Of a stretch of DNA of 64,000 nt, positions 53,604 to 64,000 are shown piece by piece. The DNA comes from Leucoraja ocellata (Eukaryota). The notes below the pieces were generated by a model, which saw nothing but the letters and a program-made list of their open reading frames with translations, did no database searches and was not told where the DNA came from. A program made the translations under genes and the position numbers. The stretch covers positions 9,796,001 to 9,860,000 of the forward strand of contig JAWMAR010000023.1 in NCBI GenBank assembly GCA_036785375.1, in the 5' to 3' direction. The stretch's first letter is position 1, and every line of letters begins with the position of its first letter.

Positions 53604-53857
53604 GTAGGTGTCTACTGAGCAGCGATGGGGTTAGAGAGAGCATGCTTGTGCCAAGGGCTTTTTTGAAAGCAAGGTATAATTTTATGTTAAATTAATTAAA
53701 TGACATTGGAACTGTAGTACATTTCCTGTTTGAATTAGTTTTGCTTAATTAGATCTACTGACTGTTACAATCCTATCCTGTGGCCTGCAAAGGGTCTGCT
53801 ATTAAATATAAGCAAATAAAATAAGGAGTACCCATTCAGCCCTTCCTTTCAGTTTTA

Positions 53858-54165
53858 GTTTAGAGATATAGCGTGGAAACACAGTGCCCTTTGGCCCACC
53901 GAGTCCACACCGTCTAGCGATCCCCGCACACTAACACTATTCCACACACACTAGGGGCAATTTACATTAATACCAAGCCAATTAACTTACAAATCTCTAC
54001 GTCTTTGGAGGGTGGAAGGAAACCTAATATCTCTGAGAAAACCCACGCAGTTCATGGGGAGAACATATAAACTCCGTACAGACAAGCACCTGTAGTCAGA
54101 ATCGAACCCGGTTCTCTGGCGCTATAAGGCAGTAGCTCTACCGCTGCGTCATCATGCCACCGCCG
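53858..54165 (-). mobile_element. HE1-like SINE
   Basis: Reverse complement has A/B-box head (GCAGCGGTAGAGCT...CCGGGTTCGATTC) and the same body as 552-820. Confidence 0.85.
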
Positions 54166-54462
54166 CCTTCTATTCAGTAAGATCGTGGAAGATCTTTTGT
54201 CTGAAACCCACAGTCCTGCACATACATCATATCCCTCATTCTGTTAATAGATCTATAGATCTAGAACTTTCTGTCTTGAATATATTTACTGACTGAGCCT
54301 CCACAGCCCTCTTGAGTAGAGAATTCTAAAGATTTGCTATAGTCTGGGTGAATACATTTCTTCCCATTTCTGTTCGATGACTTGCATTAAGATTGACCCC
54401 TGATTGTAAACATTCTGACCATGGAAATGTCAACTCTGCCAAGTCCCATACGAGTCTTAAGT

Positions 54463-54707
54463 GGTCTAAAGAAGGGTCTCGACCTGAAATGTCACCTATT
54501 CCTTTTCTCCAGAGGTGCTGTCTGACCCGCTGATTTACTCCGGCTTTTTGTGTATATCTTCGGTTTAAAGCAGCATCTGCAGTTCCTGAATGTTGTCTGA
54601 AGAAGGGTCTTGACCCAAAACGTCACCCATTCCTTCTCTCCAGAGATGCTGCCTGTCCCACTGAGTTACTCCAGCATTTTGTGTCTATCTGCAGTTCCTT
54701 CCTACCC
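54463..54707 (+). repeat. Two tandem Penelope-derived short repeats
   Basis: GAAGGGTCT(C/T)GACC...ATCTGCAGTTCCT unit occurs twice in direct orientation. Confidence 0.75.
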
Positions 54708-55137
54708 ATAAAGAGTATTGTGTTTCATTAAGAGATGCTGTGACAGAATGCACCACCAGGTGGCTCTGTGTGCTCAGTTCCCCATTTGGGCAGCTGGATT
54801 CAGTCCCATCTTTAAATGAAAAGTATTGATTGGACATTGTGAGGTTGGAGTAATCATTCACCTAAACTAGAACCTGCTGTTCCAAAAGCATTTTCACGTA
54901 ACTATGGATTCTATAACAATTATGCTTTTGATAAGGGGTTCCTTGCTTACTGGAAACAGCACTGAATCTTTGCCACACAAATTAAAAATGCCTCCTTAAT
55001 AAAAAGCCTCAAAATATATCCACACCAAAATCTGCCTGTGGAAATAGATGATGAAGAAATGAGTTGACACGAATACTACTTTGGTACTGGTGACATAATG
55101 TATTTTCGAATTTTTTTTTGTTTGGGTCCCCTTGCAG

Positions 55138-55289
55138 AAACGGAGAGTGAGAATGAATTTCGACCACTGGATGACCGAATAGACGAGTTTCATCCCAAGG
55201 CCACAAGAACATTATTTATTGGAAACCTGGAGAAAACCACAACCTATGGAGATCTTCGAAACATCTTTGAGCGCTTTGGGGAGATTGTG
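55138..55289 (+). CDS. SPEN: SPEN exon 6 (start of RRM3)
   Basis: ttgcag|AA acceptor; ETESENEFRPLDDRIDEFHPKATRTLFIGNLEKTTTYGDLRNIFERFGEIV; donor |gtatgt; 152 nt. Confidence 0.97.
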
Positions 55290-56551
55290 GTATGTACCCT
55301 GAAGGGTTGGTCAATGTCGAGATGACATGGTTTTCTATGAACTTGTGAGTTGAAATGATACTCACTTCCATGTTATATATAAGATTATCCACTCTACTTG
55401 TTCATCTTCTTGATTATTTTCTAGAATTTTTGCAGGGCAGTTATCTTTACAGAATATTAACTGATTAAATAACTTTTGTGTTTTAGATTTTAAATTGCAT
55501 TTGTTGTGGTTTTATACGTCTTAAGTTTGAATATCTAATTGCCACATTATAAGTCGTCCTGGGAGTTGGGCAAAACTGAGAAGCAGGGTCAAATCAATTG
55601 TAAGTCAACGTACATGATGCTAAAAGTTTTGAAACTGAGTCAGCTCTGTGTGGACTCAATACCAGTATTTCAAGGTACTGATCAATCAACCTGTCTGATT
55701 TATTCATTGAAACTGCAAGGGTAGAAAAGGCCCGGTGAAATCATTAACAGATTTAAACATGACTGAGAATGTTAAAGTGGAAGCATATGAAGGTGAGCAT
55801 GTGGACAGGTGTCTGGATGAATATGCCTTGGTGGAGTGTAGGACACGGACAGGAGTAATTAAAGTGCCTGTTGATTGTCATTTTGTCCTTTTTCACATAC
55901 ATTGGATTCCATACAATAGTTGGTAAGTATGTATTATTATAACTTGGAACCAGATTTACAAACTGAATTTGGCCATTAATGTGAAGCAACCTGGTTTCCA
56001 AATTGAAATATAATCAGCATTAAAGAAGTTGAGTTTGAGTCTTAATCTTTGAATTTAAGCATCACGATCCACGAGGAAATGAGGTACTGTTAAAATGAAT
56101 ACTAACATTAAGGGTGTCAGGGGTTATGTGGTGAAGGCAGGTGAATTGTGTTGAGGGGGAAAGGTAGATCAGCTATGATTGAATGGCGGAGTAGACTTGA
56201 TGGACCGAATAGACTAATTCTGCCCTTATAACTTATGAACATACGGGGGTTGAGAACCTCAAGTAATGTTCTAATTGCCCATATCTGCAATTGGAATGTT
56301 AATGCAGATGATAGTGGATTGATACTGTGCATTACTGTTCCAAGTAAAAGTAAGTATGAAATGTACAGTTAACAAAATTAACATTTTTGCAGCACAATTC
56401 ATTTTTTAATGAGACGGGGTGGGGGGGGGGGGGGGGGGGGGGGGTTAGATAACTGTGAAATGATTAAAATGGCCAAGAATAAATTTTGAAATGAGGCAAA
56501 GGGCCAGATTCAAAGTACATGCTATTGTTTTTTTTGTATTTAAAATGACAG

Positions 56552-56677
56552 GATATTGACATCAAGAAGGTAAATGGGGTTCCTCAATACGCCTTCCTAC
56601 AGTACTGTGACATTGCAAGTGTCTGCAAAGCCATCAAGAAAATGGACGGAGAGTACTTAGGAAATAATCGGCTCAAG
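56552..56677 (+). CDS. SPEN: SPEN exon 7 (RRM3)
   Basis: gacag| acceptor; DIDIKKVNGVPQYAFLQYCDIASVCKAIKKMDGEYLGNNRLK; donor AAG|gtcagg; 126 nt. Not in the ORF track. Confidence 0.96.
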
Positions 56678-58431
56678 GTCAGGAAGGAGAAATACAGTCA
56701 TTTGCTTATCAGGAATATTCACTTATCAGGAATTCACAGTGAAATATTAGTAAGAATTTTCTGTTGAACAATTTCTTGTATATTGTTTTTTGTTGTAACT
56801 TTACTTTTGTAATATTCCCCACTGTTTTCTTGAGTTACTTTTCTCTTTCCTCCCTCCAAGTTTTACATTGTATCCTTGGCATATTAGCTAGAGTGTCCAA
56901 GCTGCTGATGTGTCTGTGGATGTAATTGGTGTTACCTTGGGTCAACCTGCCTGAAGTGTGGTTGAACAGTATGTGAAAGCAAACACTACTGTTCCTCTTG
57001 CAGATGGAGCTGAGCGGAGCAAACTGAGCTGAGCTCTGGGGAAGCATCACCTGAGCCCAGTACTTCCTGATTAAGAATCCATTGGGCTACACTGGGAGAT
57101 TGATCTGCACTTATTTCCCCTTCCTTACACCCTATTTTTCTCCTATATGTTACACAGCAACATGTCCCCGCTGCCCCTTGATTAAGTAAATTTGCAGATG
57201 AACTTCAGGCCTCTACGGTTGAAGCATCTGATTTAAAACGTGGGCCCCACTCAATTCATCCCTCAATTTCTCTCACATGAAAAATTGCTTCTTTTTTTTC
57301 TTGACTGGATCTCACCATCTGGGGAAACAAGATCAAAGTAACTTTGACCCAACACTATGGTTTAGTGCTAATTTTTGCACTTTGCAAATGAAATTAAAAG
57401 CAAAGCTTTTCAATTTGCATTTTGTAAGACTTTAATTGGGAAAGTTGTAAGAATGTATAGAATGTTTAGTTAGCGCGATAATATTTGTGAGATTATTATC
57501 GCACTGAATGAATGTGAATGTTGAACTATAATTATGGTGATGGTGAAGCCGACTGGAGCTGCATTCACTTAACAATGTTCAAATAAAATTCAATTATTCC
57601 CAATGATTGCAGGGCCATGGACCAAAACATTTATTGACTTTTCAATTGCTATTTGCTGAACAGCCAAAATTGGTGGGGGGGGGGGGGTTTGCGAGGGTAC
57701 GTGCCGATACAGTGTACCGCATCTCTGAAAAAATGTGTCCCCAAAAAAAGCATTGGCCAAAATCATTTCTTGAAATAGAATATGTACGACAATTTGAGCG
57801 AACTATCCTCCCACCACCATTAATTATATTCTACTCTATTAGTTAGTTATCCTTTTCCAAATTCATACATTTTCTGTACAAATGCAAAAATGACACTTTT
57901 GTGTCCTCTTCAGAACATTTCCAGTAGCAAGTAAATACTTAAGGATTTTATGTCCTGGGGTTATAGACCGTAGTGTCCATGCTCTATGTGCAATTGTATT
58001 GTCCGTGATGGAAAGGGTAACAGATTCCCAAAAGGACTGAGGGAAAATTACCCCTAACGTGCTTAACTATTTCACCCAGTTCCGTAAGGAATTTGAAAAG
58101 CCGAGCCTCTGTTTCAGCTGCTAAATAATGAATGATTCAATAATATGGGAAAGAGTGAGATGAATAGGACTATTATTCACAACATAATATAAATCATGTA
58201 TAGATTTGCATCATGTTTCTATACCAGTTATCTACAGGATAGAGTTTCACGTAGGGTATTATATATAACAGATAAATTAGAGTTGTGAATTTTGGCAATG
58301 AGATAATCAAGTAGATTATATTGGAATACATGAAAGTCTACAATCTAGCTTTGTTTTATTGAATTTGGGCCAATGAGTATTGTTACAATTAAAATGTAAC
58401 CTTTTCTTCTCTTATTTCTTATTCTCCTCAG

Positions 58432-58545
58432 CTGGGATTTGGCAAGAGTATGCCAACTAATTGTGTTTGGCTGGATGGCCTATCTTCAAATATTACTGAA
58501 CAATACTTGTCCAGGCATTTTTGTCGTTATGGGCCTGTGCTGAAA
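58432..58545 (+). CDS. SPEN: SPEN exon 8 (RRM3/RRM4)
   Basis: cctcag| acceptor; LGFGKSMPTNCVWLDGLSSNITEQYLSRHFCRYGPVLK; donor |gtaagt; 114 nt. Confidence 0.97.
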
Positions 58546-58944
58546 GTAAGTGCCTTGTTGCAGTGCTTGTTTACATCTAACAAATTATTAACAACTGGCA
58601 GCAAAAAGATTTTTTTTCCAATTGTTGATTTTCATTTTTCCCCTTCAAAACATACCTTCTATACATTTCATGTTCTGATAAGAGAAAATGATATTCAGTG
58701 CATAGCAATGGGCGTATTGAGATCGTTAGTTTTCAGTTTTATATTGTACCTTAAAAGAAGCCATAATGGAAAATACACTTTAATCAGAGCATTTAAGTGT
58801 AAGCTTTTTTAAAAACCGTTTAGTTGCATAATAAGATTATGTTTGCTTCTTTGAACAGTTTAAATAATAAGATGCTTAAAATGTAATCCCTGTAATGTCA
58901 CCCTGCAAATAGCCTGTTTTATAATATTTTATTTACCGTGTTCA

Positions 58945-59640
58945 TGTATTGGTTTATTATTGTTTCAAGCTTCAAGATACAGTGAAAAACTTGTTTTGTG
59001 TGCTATCTAGGTAAATTATACTAGATAGGAGTACAATCAAAGCATCCATGAGTATAACAGGTAGTGCAAACAGAGAAATGTAATGGATTACTGAATATAG
59101 TGTACAAGATACAGCAAAGGTACTTAAAGAAAATGTGCATTGAGTGGATTGGGAGACCAGGGATGCTTCCCTAGCTTGTGGGAGTCTTGTAATAGTGAGG
59201 AAGAAGCTGCTCTTGAATCTAATGGTATCTTGTATCTGCTGCTTGACGGGAGAGGAGAGAAGATGGAGTGATGGGGATGCAAGTGGTCCTTGATTATACT
59301 GTTTGCCTTTCTAAGGCAAATAGGAAATGTAGATATTGTCAATGAGCGGGAGGCTGTTTTGCTTGATGGATTGGGCTGCATCCACAATTCTGCAGTTTCT
59401 TGTGGTCTTGGGCAGAACAGATGCCAAGCCAAGCTGTTATGCATCCCAACTGGTTGCTTTATATTGTGCATTGGTAGACATTTGTAAGAGTCATGAGAGA
59501 CAGCTAATTTGTTTAATCTTCAGAGGAAGAAGAAGCGTTGGTATGCTTTCTTGGTCGTAGCATCAACTTGGACGGACCAGGAAAGCTTGTTGGTGATAAT
59601 TACGGCTAGGAACTTGAAGTTCTCAACCATCTCTGTTTCA
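58945..59640 (-). mobile_element. Degenerate Rex1/Babar- or L2-like LINE 3' fragment
   Basis: Minus-strand CLRKANSIIKDHLHPHHSIFSPLPSSSRYK motif. Confidence 0.7.
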
Positions 59641-60464
59641 ACACCCAGCTTCCTGAAGTTTGTAGAAAGAATCAGTGCACAAACAGGGAATTTCTAAATG
59701 AAAAATATCAAAATTAAGTAATTCTGTAATACTTTGAGATCTAAAGATTCCCACTTGTCCCATTTTTCTCTTTCAAACGCTGACTGACTATTGTCTCTTA
59801 GCACCAATTCCATATTTTAGTGCCACAAAGTAATCCAGATCTTGCAAGAAACCAAATAATAATAATAACGGCAGTAGAGAACTATTGTGTTGCGGTCTGT
59901 GCTGGGTGATGCAGAGGACTATGATCTCGGTTTTCCACATTTTTTTATGTTGAAAATGGTTGTCAGCATAACAATAATCTGATGATCACAATTCATTTTA
60001 TAAAAAGGATTTGAATCAAACGGATGGTATGTTCAAATCACATTTGGAATATATGTTCACTTCAGCCAATCTCCTCAGGACATCGAATGATGTAGTAATG
60101 CAATACATGACCTCCTCAATATAGCATTCTCTACATCTTCAACTCTTCCTTCAATTTGTCATTCATTACATCTGATACACAATTTCTCTAATAACATTTG
60201 ATTACAGTTTCCTTGCTTATGAATAAGCTGCATAAAACATCCTTCACTGTAATCTTTAGTGATATAAGCTCTCTTAGCCCACTCGACTTTTGGCTCTTTT
60301 ACAGGGAGATTATATCAAACATCAACTCTGACTTGGCCATTCTTTCAATACACATTTGGGTGGATCTCCAAACTGCTCCAGAGAAATTCTGCCATATATC
60401 TATTAGTTACTTGCCATTCCTGTTCAGGGAACTAGCTGACTTCTTTCTTTACCTCCTGGGACAG

Positions 60465-60578
60465 ATTGTGTTGGATCGTCAGAAAGGAATGGCTCTGGTG
60501 TTGTACGATGAAATTGAATGCGCACAGACAGCGGTGCAGGAGACCAAGGGCAGGAAGATTGGAGGAAATAGAATAAAG
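60465..60578 (+). CDS. SPEN: SPEN exon 9 (RRM4)
   Basis: gacag| acceptor; IVLDRQKGMALVLYDEIECAQTAVQETKGRKIGGNRIK; donor AAG|gttagt; 114 nt. Confidence 0.96.
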
Positions 60579-60707
60579 GTTAGTATAAGAGAGTTCATGG
60601 GGATTCTAACTGCACTTCTTATTCCCTTCACTCTTATAAATCTTCTCTTTCGCTCTGTCTTTCAGCACAGATAGATGTTTATAGCGATGTTCCTATACTC
60701 AGATAGC

Positions 60708-60746
60708 CACACACGCGCACACACACACATACACATACACACACAC
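60708..60746. repeat. (CA)n microsatellite, imperfect
   Basis: Directly visible. Confidence 0.85.
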
Positions 60747-61104
60747 CTTCCACAGTTTCAAGGAATTGCATGAGGTGCTAATGTTTTATAAGGAAAACCA
60801 GAGCATGAAATAATAGCAACATTGAAGGGGATTATTTGGTTTAAATCTGAGGAAGAAAATAAAATTTAATGATATTTTGCAATATTGAAAAGCAGACTCT
60901 ATTGGCATTCTGCAGTTCAAAGTGGTTATGTGTTTGGCAAGCAAATTGGAAAAACAGTTTAATGCTTGCAAGGATCAAAAGCATGTAAAACAATACTATT
61001 TGCTGCCAGTTCAACTTTGCAGTTGAATATTCAGCTTTTTTTTAAATGTTTGATATCTATTGTCTCAGCTTCTAATGCCTAACAGTCAAATTTCTTCCAT
61101 GAAG

Positions 61105-61205
61105 GTGGATTTTGCAAATCGCGAGAGTCAGTTGGCATTTTATCGTTCAATGGAAGTCTCTGGGCAAGACATCAGAGACCTGTACGAAATCTTTGCTGAG
61201 CGAAG
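61105..61205 (+). CDS. SPEN: SPEN exon 10 (end of RRM4), GC donor
   Basis: gaag| acceptor; VDFANRESQLAFYRSMEVSGQDIRDLYEIFAER(R); donor AG|gcaagt (GC-AG); 101 nt, phase 2 matches exon 11. Confidence 0.92.
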
Positions 61206-61231
61206 GCAAGTGAATCTTTCATTTGACTTTC

Positions 61232-61340
61232 TGTCTGAAGAAGGGTCTCAACCCGAAACGTCACAATAGGCGATATTCACCTATTCCTTTTCCCCAGAGA
61301 TGCTGTCTGACCCACTGAGTTACTCCAGCATTTTGAGTTT
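61232..61340 (+). mobile_element. Penelope-derived short repeat just downstream of the exon 10 donor
   Basis: CTGAAGAAGGGTCTCAACCCGAAACGTC...CCAGAGATGCTG...GAGTTACTCCAGCATTTTG. Confidence 0.75.
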
Positions 61341-62221
61341 ATCTTTCTTTTGTGAACTTTGTTAAGGCTTTTGAAATGGTGAATTTTGATTTATTGCACT
61401 GATTAGTTCAGAATTTTTGATTAACTTTATGAAGCACACATATGACATGTAAATTAGAACTTTCAGTCTGAGAATTGTTTAGTCATAATATACATTATTT
61501 TGTTAACAACTTAAAAACTAGAACTTCTCTATAATAATTATGTAATATAATGTGTCTTTAATGGATCCATGCATAAACCTGTCTCTTCCCTAATTCAAAT
61601 ATTATTTCAAATTCATTTTCTGGTGTTTAACTCGCAATTGAATTTAAATCAAGAATGTTTGGTGTTATTGAGAATTTTTGTGCGGCTGTTCTATTTTACC
61701 ATCAATATAAATAAAACACACATTGCAAAAAAAAGAGGTTTAAACAGTCACCCCAGACACTTGATGGAAATTATCCTCCATTTGAGAGTCTACTGTAATG
61801 GTCAGAACTTAAAGGAAAATGGCCAGCGATGGGACTTGAATCTTAGTCTGCAACAGAAAAAATAGAGATTTAGAGATTGCAAGCATTAAATCAGTAAATA
61901 GTAACTTATTTTCAAAGTGACCAGTTTAGTACAGCTCGGTGGCCCAGTTAGTAGAACCTTTGGCTCACAGCTCCGGCAATCTGGGTTCAAAACTTAATGG
62001 CATAAACCTTCATGCTGAGCCATGACTGAGTGCATATCTGTCAGCAGTGGGGAAATATTGCCTGCTGTCCTCCAGTTGAGAGTGGCAAATAAAACAGGAT
62101 TACATCTGGAGCATTTAGCTTTGGTGTCAGCCTATTTACAGAGAAGAAATTAATTTTATGCAGCCGTTGATTTGATTTAAAAATTGACATTTGATTTGAT
62201 TTTTGTTTCTTTAATTAGTAG

Positions 62222-64000
62222 GGAGGATCGGCGCGGATCATACCATGAATATCCTACAGATCGAGCCTACTTTGATGCGGTTAGGGGCCCGGCTGCTACA
62301 TTCCCTGAAGATCCTCGGAGAGAGTACCGTGCAAGAAGCAGAGATTTTTATGCCGAATGGGATCCCTACCAGGGTGATTATTATGATCCTCGCTACTATG
62401 AAGATCCCCGGGAGTACAGAGACTACAGAGATCCCTATGAACAGGACATAAGGGAGTACAGTTATCGACAGCGAGAGAGGGAGCGGGAGAGGGAACGTTA
62501 CGAATCTGACAGAGAGCGAGATCATGAAAGGCGGACTTGTGAACGAAGCCAAAGCCCAACACATTCGAGAAGAGCGCAGAGTTGTAGTGCGTCACCAACA
62601 CAGTCTGAGAGGCACCAGAGTGACAGCATGGACTCGGAACGTAGAATATACAGTCGATCGTCAGATCGTAGTGGTAGTTGCAGCTCGCTCTCACCCCCTC
62701 GATATGATAAAGTTGAGAAGACTGACAAAGTCCGACCAGAGCGTTATGATAAAACTGAAAAGGAGAAAGACCGAGTGTTTGAACCCGAAAGAGTTGATAA
62801 AAGGACACAAAGGAAAGAAAAGGTTGAGAAATTGGAAAAAGCAAAAAAAATCGACAAACCTGAAGTGGAAAAACCAGAGAAGAAGGAGAAAACTGAGAAG
62901 CTCAAACTACGCAAGGTGAAGCCTCCAACTCCAAGTTCCCCATCTTCTGAAACAGACCAAGAAATAGACAGAGATCCAAACCCTGATGGACAAAAGGGTA
63001 AAACAAAACAAGGGAAAGAAAAAGCAGAGAAAGACGGGGCTTCAAAAAATCGTTTAGATTTAATTCCCTGTGTGGTGTTAACTCGTGTAAAAGAGAGAGA
63101 GACAAAAGTGATTGAACCCCTGATTGTGGAGAAGTCGAGAGGAAAGCCAGAGAATGATGTGGTCAAATCTCCCCCTGCAGAACAACATAAAGTACAGCTA
63201 ACACGACTTGATCAGACAAAGATAGAGCTGTCCAAAGTGGAGCCCATTCGGCCAAAAATGTTAAAAGAGAAACTGCTTGCCAGCCAAATAGAAATCGTGG
63301 AGAAGGAAGTGAAAATCAAGCATAAAAAGAACCTCAAACCCGAACCGTGTGTTGATGCACCGAATGCAATGGATATTGACAAACTGGAAGCAAGGAAGAG
63401 GCGTTTTGCAGATCCAACGTTAAGAACAGACAGGCAGAAGTTAGAGGTTAAGAGAAGCAGTCAAGAGGAAGAGGAACTGCGTCAAGGTCTAAAAAAACAA
63501 CCTGAGCTGGCTCCCTGGAGAGAAGTGGGTAAAGAAGGAGACGTTGACCGCAGACCCGTGCGCAAAGAATCGCTCAAACGAGAGCACAGAAAAATTAAGC
63601 AAGAAAAATTAATTCCAGCATTCAGCCCCAGGGAAGGGCAGGAGTCTGCCACTGTTTCAGTAGGGATTGGCTTGCGGCCTGGCGTGGATGTACAGTCTAG
63701 AATAAGTGAGCCGTCTGAAGACTTGGTGGACGTTCAAGAAGTTGGAGTGAAGAAAGTGAACACACCAAAACCTCTGCTTAAGGGAGTTCTTCAGCAACTG
63801 CTTCCACACCTTGATGAGATATCGGGAGAAGGAGATATGAAAAGAGATGAACGGAAGAGAAAATATAGCGGAACTGAAGACGCAAATGATCACAAGTCCA
63901 CCCATGAGAAATCGCAGACGGCTGAAGCGGAAGAGAAACTAGGGATTGATATTGATTACACACAGAGTTACCGGAAACAAATGGAGCAGAACCGCAAACT
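62222..64000 (+). CDS. SPEN: SPEN large exon 11, partial (continues past window end)
   Basis: tagtag|G acceptor; EDRRGSYHEY...YYEDPREYRDYRDPYEQDIREYSYRQRERERERER...KNRLDLIPCVVLTRVKE...KLEARKRRFAD...EKLGIDIDYTQSYRKQMEQNRK. These motifs are typical of SPEN and the frame is consistent to the window end. Confidence 0.95.

Noticed and set aside
56705-56741. Short direct duplication CTTATCAGGAAT after the exon 7 donor
   Set aside because: Most simply a local slippage duplication.
62238-63963. Antisense and alternative-frame ORFs over exon 11
   Set aside because: Shadow frames of the purine-rich SPEN coding exon.

Overview
Eukaryotic (vertebrate) genomic DNA. The repeat content (HE1-type tRNA-derived SINEs, CR1 LINEs, Penelope-derived repeats) suggests a cartilaginous fish such as a skate or ray; this is an inference. 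The window holds the promoter and 5' part of a SPEN (SHARP/MINT) gene on the + strand: coding exons 1-10 (RRM1, RS/Ser-rich linker, RRM2-4) and the start of the large exon 11, which runs off the window end. Splice phases are consistent throughout. Nearly all other ORFs in the track are repeat-derived or noise. The most unusual signal is a ~650-nt GC-rich, A-poor segment in intron 3 (47826-48475) that folds back on itself almost end to end. Its many G-U wobbles and very few A-C mismatches work only on the SPEN sense strand, the pattern expected of a selected RNA structure. Other candidates are a repeat-free, UGGA-rich block in intron 2 ending in an alternative 5' splice site, two uORFs, a 62-bp promoter minisatellite carrying NRF1-like motifs, a GC-AG intron, two NAGNAG acceptors, and about 20 Penelope-derived repeats, some with hammerhead-like cores. 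All pairings and counts were done by hand; repeat boundaries are approximate.
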